DNA of 64,000 nt from Octopus vulgaris (taxonomy: Eukaryota): assembly GCA_951406725.2 (NCBI GenBank), contig OX597824.1:82894001-82958000 (forward strand), read 5' to 3'. The notes below the pieces were generated by a model. That model did no database searches. It saw nothing but the letters and a program-made list of their open reading frames with translations, and was not told where the DNA came from. Both the position numbers and the translations under genes were made by a program. This document shows positions 26,208 through 38,490 of the stretch, in pieces (the stretch's first letter is position 1; each line of letters opens with the position of its first letter).

Positions 26208-26607
26208 GGTAATCAATGTCTTAAAAATAGTTATTATGATGTCTGTCAAGGCTGAAGTAGACGAACACATGTTGTTGACCGTCGAAACAAATGCTTCAGA
26301 GACCATCATCAAGATTATTCTTAATCAAAATGGTAGGCCCAGTGGAATTATTTCCTCGTTCGCTAAACTCTACAGAGAAAAATTCATACACAGTAGAAAA
26401 GTGGTTCATGCGATCGGTGAGTCTGTCAAAAAAAAAAAGAAAAAAAGAAAAAAAAACTAGTGTCGCTTCCTGTTTAGGAAAACGATCTCCTTGGTGACAA
26501 ATTCGTGGCTTGTATGTTTGATATAAAACATAAAAGTAAGATGTAAAAGTATGTTAATATCATGCTACTAATGTTATGCAACGAACATTACATTTTATGT
26601 GGTGCTT

Positions 26608-27118
26608 TTGAACAAGAGAATACCCTCCATCAGGCATTTGCCATATTCTGAACGCCTTACTTCCCTGGGCATGGACACATTGAAACTCCGACGTCTGGCA
26701 GCTGACTTGGCAGACACCCATAAAATTATTAACCATCTTACAAACAATAACTCTGAGCACCTCTTCAAACTCCGCCTGTCTAACACCCGTGGACATGTTT
26801 ACTAAGTCAGAAAACAGCACAGCTCCCATGACTTTCGGAAACATTTTTTCACGCTAAGAGTTGCTGAAGTATGGAACAAACCGCCGGCATCAGTTGTTAG
26901 TTGTCGGAGCACTGCATCCTTCAAAACTTCCATGCTTCCTGAGATTTGCCAATACTACACCTGATTTTCTCCCCTCCATACACACGCAGGTATGTATCTG
27001 ACTCATACACTGTTCGCTTTCCAGACATTTGTACATTACTGCATATGCTTTATACGCACTTTTGACAAGTTGTGGTGCACCTGAGCACTGTGTACAATAA
27101 TTTCATTATTATTATTAT
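26608..27118 (+). mobile_element. CR1-clade LINE 3' end
   Basis: LPYSERLTSLGMDTLKLRRL..DL, NTRGH, RKHFFTLRVAEVWN, then a 3' UTR and (ATT)n tail. Confidence 0.87.
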
Positions 27119-27139
27119 AATTAAACAGACCTATTTTTC

Positions 27140-27670
27140 TTATTCTTAAGTCCTTCGCTCCCTACGGAGTGTAGCCCATCGATAACTTCCCTCCACATTT
27201 CTTGATTTGGGCCGTCTTTTCTGCTTCTCTCCTGTTCGATTCCTTCTTTTATTAGTTCTGCTTCAGTATCCCACCTCCCAGCTATATTTAGTGTGTCCTA
27301 TCTTCTGCCTCCATTGCGGGTTCCAGGTCAGGTCCTGGCATTTAACGCAGGATGTATTTTCAGATTTTGTTGCATCACGTCATGTGTTTCCCTGAAGAAA
27401 GGCCTTCCTCTTCTCTCCCAGATATGGTTTGGTTTTGAATTGTCATCAATACTTCTGTAACTTTGATTTTTTTTCTAAGTAGAGGTGTTGGCTCTATGCA
27501 AATCCAATTTTACTTCTGGGAAGAGGTTGTCCATATTAGTCTGGCGTCTGTCCTTTGCTCTGCCTAGCATGGAAGGCCCAACCAGGAGCTTGAGTCCCAC
27601 TGGCATAGCTCTGAGGGTCAGTAAGTCAGACAAGCCACCACATTGCAACAAAGACTGGACCTTGTGAGGG
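27140..27670 (-). mobile_element. internally deleted RTE-like element
   Basis: Minus-strand LTWNPQ...W remnant at ~27330. The segment 27570-27655 resembles RTE 5' regions, from memory. Confidence 0.5.
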
Positions 27671-27857
27671 AGTCTAACCTATGAAAATTGGTGGGCTTCA
27701 TGCTCAATTCGAAAAACAGCCACGAGATTGAACGTTGATGCCTTGGCTTTCATCACTAGGAAAGATAAAGTTCTGTTGAGGGAAGATCTGTAATAAAACC
27801 GATTATTTTTAAAGCAAGAAGCAGAATTATGTCTGTGTGCGTGTGTGTGTGTATGCA

Positions 27858-27897
<40 letters not shown>

Positions 27898-27903
27898 GTT
27901 TAA

Positions 27904-28394
27904 AGGTGCAGGAGTGGCTACATGGTAAGTAGCTTACTAACCAACCACATGGTTCCGGATTCAGTCCCACTGCGTGGCACCTTGGTCAAGTGTCTTATAC
28001 TATAGCCTCGGACCGACAAAGCCTTGTGAGTGGATTTGGTAAACGGAAACTGACAAAGCCCGTCGTACATATATGTATGTGTATATGTATATATATATGT
28101 ATATATATATATATGTGTGTGTGTATGTATGTATGTGTGTGTGTGTATGTATGTATGTATGTATGTATGTATGTATGTATGTTTGTATATATGTATGTAT
28201 GGTTGTGTGTCTGTGTTTGCCCCCACTATCGCTTCACAACCGTAACTTGGCAGTTTGGCATAAGAGACCGATAGAAGAAGTACTAAGCTTACAAAGAATA
28301 AGTCCTAGCGTCGATTTGTTCGACTAAAGGTGTTGCTCCAGCATGGCTGCAATCAAATGACTGAAACTAATAAAAGAATAAAGAAATAAAGAAT

Positions 28395-28395
<1 letters not shown>
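27904..28395 (+). mobile_element. SINE family A
   Basis: Head, expanded TATG tract, tail. Confidence 0.9.
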
Positions 28396-28447
<52 letters not shown>

Positions 28448-28689
28448 GTATCATACAATATATATGCATATATATATGTACATGCATATATGTATATATA
28501 TTTATAGATGTACATAAACGCGCACACTTACGCACACATACATACATACTCACATGCATACATGTGTGTGTATATATATATATATATAAATAAATAATTA
28601 TATATATATGGCGGTGCCCCAGCATGGCCACAGCTCGTGAGCTGAAACTAGATAAAATAAAAATTAAAAAAATTAAAAAAATATACACA

Positions 28690-28967
28690 TGTGTGTGTGC
28701 ATGTATATATGTATGTATGTATGTATGTATGTGTGTGTGTGTATGTATGTATGTATGTATGTATCTATTTATTTATGTATGTATGTGTATGTATGTATGT
28801 ATGTATGTATGTATGTATGTATGTATGTATATATGCATGTATGTATGTATGTATGTATGTATGTATCTATTTATTTATGTATGTATGTATGTATGTATGT
28901 ATGTATGTATGTATGTATGTATGTATGTATGTATGTATATATGCATGTATGTATGTATGTATGTATG

Positions 28968-29028
<61 letters not shown>

Positions 29029-29165
29029 ATGTATCTATTTATTTATGTATGTATATATGCATGTATGTATGTATGTATGTATGTATGTATGTATGTATGT
29101 ATGTATGTATGTATGTATGTATGTATGTATGTATGTATGTATGTATGTATGTATGTATGTATGTG
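28690..29165. repeat. (TATG)n microsatellite
   Basis: Tandem repeat with a higher-order TATCTATTTATT punctuation. Confidence 0.95.
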
Positions 29166-29493
29166 TGTACGTAAGGTAGTCGGCGGGATTTTTACCTGAA
29201 AACTCAAAAGGTAATAGCTTTGTCACACAAACTCCGCCACACTGATTCTGCCAGAGAATTACGTCAACGCTTACAACGTGTCAGCGGAATGACTCAGACA
29301 TTTTACAAGCAAATGCAATGGGCAGGTAATTCAGTCGATCAAACAGCAGAAACTTCCCATCACCGTAACCGACGGAGTTCCATTCATAAACGTCTATGCG
29401 GTTGTGTGCCTTCGTGCGTGCGTGTAGGCGTGTGAGCAGCTGTGTCTGCTTGTGTATGTGTTTATTTATGTTTGTATGTATGTAGACGTATAT

Positions 29494-30444
29494 TCTTTTA
29501 CTCTTTTACTTGTTTTCAGTCATGTGACTGCGGACATGCTGGAGCACCGCCTTTAGTCGAGCAAATCGACCCCGAGACTTATTCTTTTGTAAGCCCAGTA
29601 CTTATTCTATCGGTCTCTTTTGCCGAACCGCTAAGTGACGGGGACGCAAACACACCAGCATCGGTTGTCAAGCAATGCTAGGGGGACAAACACAGACATA
29701 CAAGCACACACACACACACATATATATATATATACATATATACGACAGGCTTCATTCAGTTTCCATCTAGGAAATCCACTCACAAGGCATTGGTCGGCCC
29801 GGGGCTATAGTAGAAGACACTTGCCCAAGATGCCACGCAGTGGGACTGAACCCGGAACCATGTGGTTGGTTAGCAAGCTACTTACCACACAGCCACTCCT
29901 ATACGTTTAAATGTTTAAAGATACGTATCACCCAGAGGAATTGATTACTTGATGAAGTAATTTGAGTTCTGTGTAAATTCAAATATTGACCCCGATATCT
30001 GCTTCTTATTGTGTAACTGCTTCTTCGTTTGATGTATGCAGTAAGTACATACATCAAACGATGTGTGGTAAGTAGCTTGCTTACCAACCACATGGTTCCG
30101 GGTTCAGTCCCACTGCGTGGCACCTTGGGCAAGTGTCTTCTACTATAGCCTCGGGCGGACCAAAGCCTTGTGAGTGGATTCGGTAGACGGAAACTGAAAG
30201 AATCCCGTCGTATATATGTATATGCGTGTGTGTTTCCGTCTGTGTTTGTCCATCCAACATCGCTTTACAACCGATGGTGGTGTGTTTACGTCCCCGTAAC
30301 TTAGCGGTTCGGCAAAAGAGACCGATAGAATAAGTACTGGGCTTACAAAGAATAAGTCATGGGGACGGTTTGCTCGACTAAAGGCGTGCTCCAGCATGGC
30401 CACAGTCAAATGACAGAAACAAGTAAAAGAGTAAAAGAGTAAAG
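29494..30444. mobile_element. head-to-head pair of family A SINEs
   Basis: 29494-29900 on the minus strand and 30063-30444 on the plus strand. Confidence 0.92.
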
Positions 30445-31185
30445 AGATGGCACACATGAAACTCCGTGCATCAACAGCACGAATCACTATGTATGTATGT
30501 ATGTATGTATGTATGTATGTATGTATGTATGTATGTATGTGTATGTATGTATGTGTGTATGTATATGTATGCATGTGTGTATGTGTGTATGTATGTATGT
30601 ATGTATGTGTATGTATGCATGTGTGTATGTATGTGTGTATGTATGTATGTATGTGTATGTATGCATGTGTGTATGTATGTATGTATGTATGTGTATGTAT
30701 GCATATATGTACGTGTATGTACGTATGCATGTATGTATGTATGTGTGTATGTATGTACGTATGTATGTATGTATGTATGTGTGTGTATGTATGTGTGCAT
30801 GTGTGTATGTATGCATGTATGTATGAATGTATGTATGTATATGTGCATGTATGCATGTATGTATGTGTATGTATGCATGTGTGTATGTATGCATGTATGT
30901 ATGTATGTATGTATGTACGTGTATGTATGTATGCATGTGTGTATGTATGTATGAATGTACGTATGTATGCATGTATGTGTATGTATGCATGTGTGTATGT
31001 ATGTATGTATGTATGTATGCATGTATGCATGTATGTCATTATACAGTTTTATTTCAAGGTTTCTTGCCTTTAAAGAGCCGGTTTCTAACCTAGACCCAAC
31101 GCCCCTTCATTGGAATTTCAAAAACATCAACAGGATATTTTGTATGTATATATGTATATATGTATGTGAGCAGATTTCTATGTCA

Positions 31186-31251
<66 letters not shown>

Positions 31252-31549
31252 GTATATATGTATATATATATATATGTATGTATACATGTGTGTATGTATG
31301 TATGTATGCATGTATGTGTGTATGTATGTATGTATGTATGTATGTATGTATGTATGTATGTATGTATGTATGTATGTATGTATGTATGTATGTATGTATG
31401 TATGTATGTATGTATGTATGTATGTATGTATGTATGTATGATGTATTTATGTATGTATGTATACGCACACACACATACATATATATGTATAGCAAAGAAA
31501 CAGGACTGGTAGGCCTGGAAGAGTGGGTATTGCAGGGAACTGTATCAGA

Positions 31550-33776
31550 TAGCCAGAAGGGAAGCTAGGGGACAGGTATATCTAGCCAAGGAAGACGCAG
31601 AAAATAAGTTTGCCTATGTTTAGCGACGCGAGGACCAAAGAACTGAAGTGTTTCGGATTGCAAGAGAGAAAATTATGATGTCTTGGGAGAGAAATGTGTC
31701 CGCACGGGCGATGGTGCCTTTGCGTTTAATGATTCTACAGTGGAAGAGGCTTAGAAATGCCATTATGGAAGACCGCTGAATGTGGAGAATGAATGGGAGG
31801 AGGAGTGTCTGCGGAATGTTGGCCCAATTTAGGGACCAACTACCCGTTTCTTGGTAGATAAAGCAATTATGGATATGAAGAGAGGGAAAACCCTCGGCCC
31901 ATCAGGAATCACCGCTGAGATGCTTAAAATATCTGGCGGTGTGGGTTATGGTCTAGTCACCCGTCAAGTTAACCAAGAGATACATGAAGGAGTCATACCC
32001 AATGACTGGTGCAGCAGCACCATAGTCAACTGCTACAAAGGTAAAGGTGATGCCTTAGATTGAAATAATTACAGAGGTATCAAATTGTTGGATCAGGAAG
32101 TTACGGAGAGAGTCATAGCCCAACTAATTAGGGAGAGATTTAGTCTAGATGAGATACAATTTGGTTTTGTGCCAGGGAGAAGCACCACTGATGCTATATT
32201 TATGGTGAGACAGCTGCAGGAGAAATGCATAGCCAAAGATAAAGCTCTGTACTTGGCTTTTGTTGACTTCGATGAAACCTTTGGCAGAGTCCCCCCGACC
32301 CCTTATCTAGTGGTCAACGCGGAAACTAGGGATAAACGAGAGGTTGGTGAGAGCTGTACAAACTAAGCACAGTGAGATGAGAGTTGGGAATGAGTACAGC
32401 GAAGAATTCAGGGTATAAGTAGGGGTTCACCAAAGATCAATGCTTAGCCCCCTCTTGTTCCTCTATGCTGATGACCTTTCCCTTATTGCTGAACCACTAC
32501 CAGAACTAGAGAAGGAGTTCCAAGTATGGAAACGAGGTCTAGAATCGAAGGGCTTTGGAATTAACCTAGCAAAAATCAAAGTCTTAGTAAGTAGGAAGGC
32601 AAGCAAATCACAAATCCCTTCTTGTTGATGGCCTTGCTCGATCTGTAGAAAAGGCATAGGTAGAAACTCTATAAGATGCACCCAGTGTTATGCTGCACAT
32701 AAAAGGTGCAGCAATATCAGAGAAAAGTTAACAGGGAAACTAGCTTTTGTGTGATGCACAGGTAAAATAAACGCTGAAAATGTACAGAAAATTGACTCCA
32801 TCAAATGCCAGGAGGGCAAGCTAGAGGTAGTAGATAGTTTCTGTTATCTAGCTGACCAAGTTTGTAGTGGAGGTGAATGCTCTGAGAGCGTATCTGTGAG
32901 AATGAGACTAGGCTGGACAAAGTTCAGAGAGCTCCTGCTTCTGCTGCCAACAAAGCGCCTCTCTCTCAGAGTGAAAGGCATATTGTGTGATGCCTGTGTG
33001 CGAACAGCTATGCTGCATGGATGTGCAACACGGGCTGTGACAGCCGAGAACATGCGTAGGCTTGAAAGAAATTGAGCCAGTATGTTTCGTTGAATGTTCA
33101 ATGTCGGTGTGCATGTTCGCCGGAGTGTAAGCATCTTGAGAGAAAAGTTAGAGATAAGAGGAATCAGATGTGGTGTGCAAGAGAGATGACTACACCTGCA
33201 TGGTTATGTGATGCGTATGGACGAGGACAGCTGTATAAAGAAGTCCCAATTTCTAACTGTGGAGGGACCCTGCGGTAGAGGTAGACCCAGGAAGATATAA
33301 GATGAAGTGGTGAAGCATGATCTTCGAACTTTGAGCTTCACAGAGGCAATGACTAGTGACCGAGACCTTTGGCAGTATGCTGTACTTAGGAAAACCCATC
33401 AAGCCATGTGAAATTGTAGTCATGGCTGATGATGGTGCAAGGTAACTAGCACTCATACTGGTGGCACGTAAAGAGCACCTTTCGAGCGTTGGACCTTACA
33501 GAGGCAATGACCGAAACCTTTGGCTTATGTCGAGCTTGAGAAGAGCCATCAAACCGAGCAAAATCGTAGTAGTGGTAGATACTGGTGTCGCGCTAATGGT
33601 ACCCCTGCCAGTGGTACGTAAAATCACCCATTACACTCTCAGAGTGGTTGGCGTTAGGAAGGGCATCCAGCCGCAAAAAACTCTGCCACATCAGACTAGA
33701 GTCTGGTGCAGCCTTCCAACCCTGGTCAAACCGTCCAACCCATGCCAGCATGGACAACGGACGTTAAATGATGATG
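31550..33776 (+). mobile_element. RTE-clade LINE, 5'-truncated, decayed RT with a PHD-like insert
   Basis: GPSGITAEMLK, IPNDW, YKGKGD, NYRGIKLL, QFGFVPGRSTTDAIF, GVHQ.S.LSPLLF, LYADDL, RGRPRK; multiple stops and frameshifts; the 3' UTR ends in (GAT)n. Confidence 0.9.
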
Positions 33777-34022
33777 CATATATATGAGAGAGAGAGAGAG
33801 AGAGTGAGGAAGAAGGAGAGAGTGTGAGATAGAGAGAAAGAAAAAAAATGCAATTCACGAGATTCTTTAATCACTACGACCGTTTCGACCCATCGTGCAT
33901 CTCCTGCTGTACGGACAGTTGTGTTGCATCATTGGCGCAGACGGACATAATATATAGTTAAGTAACTCATGAATCCGAAAAGAAGCATACCCTGAACGTT
34001 TAGAATAGTGATACTTAAAAGG

Positions 34023-34253
34023 TTGTTCATTGTGACCGGTCAAGGAGCGACCAGCTGTTTCGTACTTATGAAGCTCTTATCGGTATACGTGATTGGTCAG
34101 ACTCATTGGCCGGAGGCACATCATCCTTTTCTTACCTGCAGTTCTAGAGAGGTTATGTGCCCCCGGCCAATGAGTCTGACGAATCACCTATACCGATACG
34201 AGCTTTATAGATACAAAACCAATGGTCACTCCTTGATCGGCCATAACTAACAA
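34023..34253. mobile_element. fold-back MITE-like palindrome
   Basis: About 100-bp imperfect arms, e.g. GTCAGACTCATTGGCCGG / CCGGCCAATGAGTCTGAC. Confidence 0.8.
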
Positions 34254-34322
34254 ATTTTTAAGTATATATTGTGTATATATATATATATAAATATGAGTGT
34301 GTGTGTGTGTGTGTGTGTGTGT

Positions 34323-34371
<49 letters not shown>

Positions 34372-34435
34372 ACAAACAAACTTTTAAGTATATATTGTGT
34401 GTATATATATATGAGTGTGTGTATATATATATATA

Positions 34436-34639
34436 AAGTTAATCCAAACAAGAAAACACAAAAAAAAACACAGCAACGCGAGGACGTGAAACACATAAAG
34501 TATTATTGGACGCTCAGGGAGGAAGGGAAGAAGGAGGGTTTAACGTTTCGAGCGTAGCTCTTCGTCGGAAACATAGGAGAAGGGAAGATCCCGAGAAGGG
34601 AAGACAGCGGGAAAAAAATCGCTGGCGGTACTCACGAGG

Positions 34640-34641
<2 letters not shown>
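34436..34641 (-). mobile_element. Penelope-like terminal-repeat fragment in (TA)n with a variant minimal hammerhead
   Basis: Minus strand 34572-34538 reads GTTT CCGACGA A GAGC TAC GCTC GAAAC GTT AAAC. Confidence 0.6.
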
Positions 34642-34705
<64 letters not shown>

Positions 34706-34769
34706 GTATATATATATGTATATATATGTATGTATGTATGTATATATATATATATATATATATATAAAC

Positions 34770-35087
34770 TTTTCACTTCAGGTTTTGGAGAAATGATGTT
34801 GCTTCATTTTGATGCCAGAGCAACTTGGATACAATCTTCGAGGCCCAGTCGATTACTCTGCTTTGTTTTTATGTTTTTTTAGAGTGGAAAATCCCTGTTT
34901 GCAAAGGTAGGTTCTTGCAAAAGGCAGCAAGTTCTTCACTGCCTCCTCATGCCAGAACAATTTCTTTCGTAACAAGAAACACGTTTTTTTAAATATAATT
35001 TTAATTATGTCTAATGAATCCTCTTTAACCCCGAGGATTTCATTTTTACCCCACTTGGGGTAATACACCCCGGTTTGCCGACCCTTG
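34770..35087 (-). mobile_element. hAT (Charlie-like) deletion derivative
   Basis: TIR-like CAAGGGTCGGCAAACC at 35087; FW...LLPFARTYLCKQGFSTL matches the hAT dimerisation-domain motif. Confidence 0.75.
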
Positions 35088-35294
35088 TTTTAGAGAATGC
35101 AACTCTCAAAACACCATACAATTCAGCAGCTTTAGTAATTGAATCTCCAGCTCTCTGCACTTTATTCAATATCTCCTCTTCAGAAAAAGCCGTAAATCAG
35201 ATACGTCACTCATTTTAACTTATTTCAATACAAATATCTGCATAAAAAAGGAAAGAAAGAAAGAGGAATGTATCATGAAGTACAAGGCGTACAT

Positions 35295-35684
35295 GGTGGA
35301 AGCACTCCGTCGGTTACGACGATGAGGGTTCCGGTTGATCCGAATCAACGGAACAGCCTGCTCGTGAAATTAACGTGTAAGTGGCTGAGCACTCCACAGA
35401 CACGTGTACCCTTAACGTAGTTCTCGGGGATATTCAGCGTGACACAGAGAGTGACAAGGCCGGCCCCTTGAAATACAGGTACAACAGAAACAGGAAGTAA
35501 GAGTGAGAGAAAGTTGTGGTGAAAGAGTACTGCAGGGTTCACCACCATCCCCTGCCGGAGCCTCGTGGAGCTTTTAGGTGTTTTCGCTCAATAAACACTC
35601 ACAACGCTCGGTCTGGGAATCGAAACCGCGATCCTATGACCGCGAGTCCGCTGCCCTCACCACTGGGCCATTGCGCCTCCACAT
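35295..35684 (-). mobile_element. SINE family C, full length
   Basis: tRNA-like head (TGGCCCAGTGG, GTTTCGATTCC); TSD AAGGCGTACAT (35284-35294, 35685-35695). Confidence 0.93.
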
Positions 35685-35861
35685 AAGGCGTACATACAAA
35701 CTACAACAATCCTGAATTCAATGTAGAAATATGCTAATAAAAAAGGAGTTTCCGTTATTTTCTTCGACTCTTGTATGTGATTATGTGTATATGTGGAAGT
35801 ATATACTATACTATACGGTACTATACTATATTACACTATACTACACTACATTATGCTATGT

Positions 35862-36060
35862 TCTTTTATTCTTTTATTTGTTTCAGTCATTTGACTGGGG
35901 CCATGCTGGAGCACCGCCTTTAGTCGAACAAATTGGCTCCAACTTGTTCTTTGAAAGCCTAGTACTTATTCTATCGGTCCCGTTTGCGGAACCGCTAAGT
36001 TACGGGGACGTAAACGAAACAACTTCGGTTGTCAACCGATGGTGGGGGGACAAACACAAA
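35862..36060 (-). mobile_element. SINE family A 3' half
   Basis: Tail half only. Confidence 0.85.
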
Positions 36061-36120
36061 CAATCACACACATACACACAAATATATATATATATGGAGT
36101 AGCTGTGTGATAAGTAGCTT

Positions 36121-37738
36121 CTGTCTTCTTTTTTTTGTTTATTCTTCGAACTTTTTTGAACTTGTGTTTGACATTTTTTGGGACTTAAAAACATGGCAAA
36201 GAAAGTTGATAAGGTTTTGAAGTGGGAAATTGCCCCCCACTCCAAACAGTGGATAAAATGTCTTGAGGAGAGGATGGTGGTGCTGCGGACATACTCCAAG
36301 TCGCTCGACACCATCACCTTCTTCAAAAAGATTGATATAGAGAGAGAGTTGGCGGAATATATGCCAACTATAAAATTTATTTCCAGTGTTGTCAAATATG
36401 CGACGGTGTGGTTGCTATTTGACACCCCTGAAGAGACTCGCAATTTTGCGAGTCAGATCTTAGAGGGCGAAGAGATATTGCTTCTTCCAACGTATTGTGG
36501 GAAGAAGTTGACAAGGGCTTGGGTCTGCGGGTTGCCACCCGGGATAGAACCCGAGTGGATAGAAGAGACTATCCGCTGGGGTCTGGGTGGCAGTGGAACC
36601 AAGCTCCTCAATGTCAAAATTTTGCCTGCGGTTGATTGGGCGGGGTCAAATGCGACCCCGTGGACCCATTCAGCCAAGAATCTGACGTTTCCAGATTTTT
36701 TGAAAATGGCCGGTTGTAGGTATTCGGGGATTCTTGAGGGACGCCCCCCCCCCCCCCGCCAAGTGTCACCTGTGCATGGAACCAGCCAACATTAAAAAGA
36801 ACTGTCCCCGGAACTAAAGTAAGGTCCTGGAACAGTTAGTTATTGAAGAACCCCCACCTCCTCCTTCGTAGGGAGAGATGGAGGCAGTGGAGACCTCCCC
36901 GAAAAAAAAGGAGGAAAAAAGGAAGAAGGTGGGCAACAATGGTTGCCCACCGAAGGACCCCAAGGCTGCGGGAGGAAGAGAAGATCTTCCAGTTAAAGCA
37001 TACTAAAGAAGAAAAACGGGGCAGTGCCGGTGGTTAATACACTGCCGGTATATTCCGAAGCCCCGTCGGTGGGAATTTGTGCCACCGACGGTGGAGGTTG
37101 AGGCCTCGACCCATTGGAGGAAGAATATTTGGTCTTCTTCCAAAGGAGAGAGGCGGTGGGAAAGTTTACTAAAAGGTTTGCCAGGGGAGGAGACATAACC
37201 TGCATTAAAGATCCTGGATGGCCTCCGCAGGTAGCTGTGGGGGTCATCTCAGACACGAATGTCTTCAAGGTAATAAACTCCTTCCCAGAAGATGTATTCC
37301 GCCTCCGATTAAGGCGCCCTGGCCTGGCACTATCGGATTGCTTAAGTGACGCTTTGAGCCTGGTTGAGTGCAGGCGGGGCGGAAACTAGTAAAAATTAAG
37401 AGGCTAAGTGCCTCATACTGAAAGGGTGTATGGCCCATAAGCGAAAATGTAAGAGGCCTAGTGTCTCATTTTCAAGGACATTATGTTATTTTTGGTAAGA
37501 GGCTTAGTGCCTCATTGTAAGGACCTTGTGTCCAATGGAATATTAGTAAGAGGTTTTATTACTTCAAATTGTGTGTTTTGTAAAAGAACAATGTTTTAGA
37601 GAAGCAGAGATCGGCGGACGTCGTCTGCCTTCCCTCATTAATATCATTTTTTATTTCATCATTCATCTCATTAATGTTATTGTCCAGCCCGCAGCTACTA
37701 CTTCTATGTAATGCCTTGATGGAAAATTGAATGAAATA
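36121..37738 (+). mobile_element. ORF1-only non-LTR retroelement (Half-L1-like)
   Basis: TSD AAGTAGCTT; pyrimidine-rich 5' end; ORF from the ATG at 36193; degenerate zinc knuckle; AATAAA at the 3' end; no RT or endonuclease motifs seen. Confidence 0.75.
36193..36817 (+). pseudogene. gag/ORF1-like protein (putative RRM-like folds plus CCHC-type knuckle), frameshifted at a poly-C run
   Basis: About 185 open codons including RAWVCGLPPGI and ILEGRPP; after the C14 run (36744-36757) another frame reads KCHLCMEPANIKKNCP (CX2CX4[H>N]X4C). Confidence 0.7.
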
Positions 37739-37909
37739 AAGTAGCTTGCTTACCAGCAACATGGTTCCGGGTTCAGTCCCACTGCATGACACCTTGGGCA
37801 AGTGTCTTCTACTATAGCCTCGGGCCGACCAAAGCCTTGTAAGTGGATGTGGTAGACGGAAACTGAAAGAAGCCTGTCGTATATATGTATACATACATAC
37901 ATATATATA

Positions 37910-38042
<133 letters not shown>

Positions 38043-38358
38043 CTATATGTGTGTGCGTGTGTTTGTGTGTCTGTGTTTGTCCTCACACCATCGCTTGACA
38101 TGCGATGTCAGTGTGTTTAGGTCCCCATCACTGAAAGGATCAGCATAAGAGACCATGAGAATAAGTACTAGGCTTAGAAAGAATAAATCCTGGACTCTAG
38201 TTGTTCGACTAAAGGCGGTGCTCTAGCATGGCCGCAGTGAAATGACTGAAACAAATATTTTCTGTGTGGCACCTTGGTCAAGTGTCTTTTACTATAATCT
38301 CGGGCCGACCAATGCCTTGTGAGTGGATTTGCTAGACGGAAACTGAAAGAAGCCCGTC

Positions 38359-38394
<36 letters not shown>

Positions 38395-38490
38395 TCAATA
38401 TAGGGTGGCAAAAAATTTCGTAGAATTTTTTTGCCACCAGCGGCCTAGTGGGAAAAAAATTAAATAGTCATAGACCATTTATAAATTCAA

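Larger units (their letters stand above)
24870..26545 (+). pseudogene. Ty3/Gypsy pol fossil (reverse transcriptase plus RNase H), interrupted twice
   Basis: Motifs in order across frames: KNRLVADYWETI; TVFEAE; FQRII; AYLDAII (decayed YLDD); LN..KCKF; SDP.RL.PL; LFAYYS; VETNAS; QNGRP; RSLNSTEKN; MFD.KHKSK. Confidence 0.8.
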
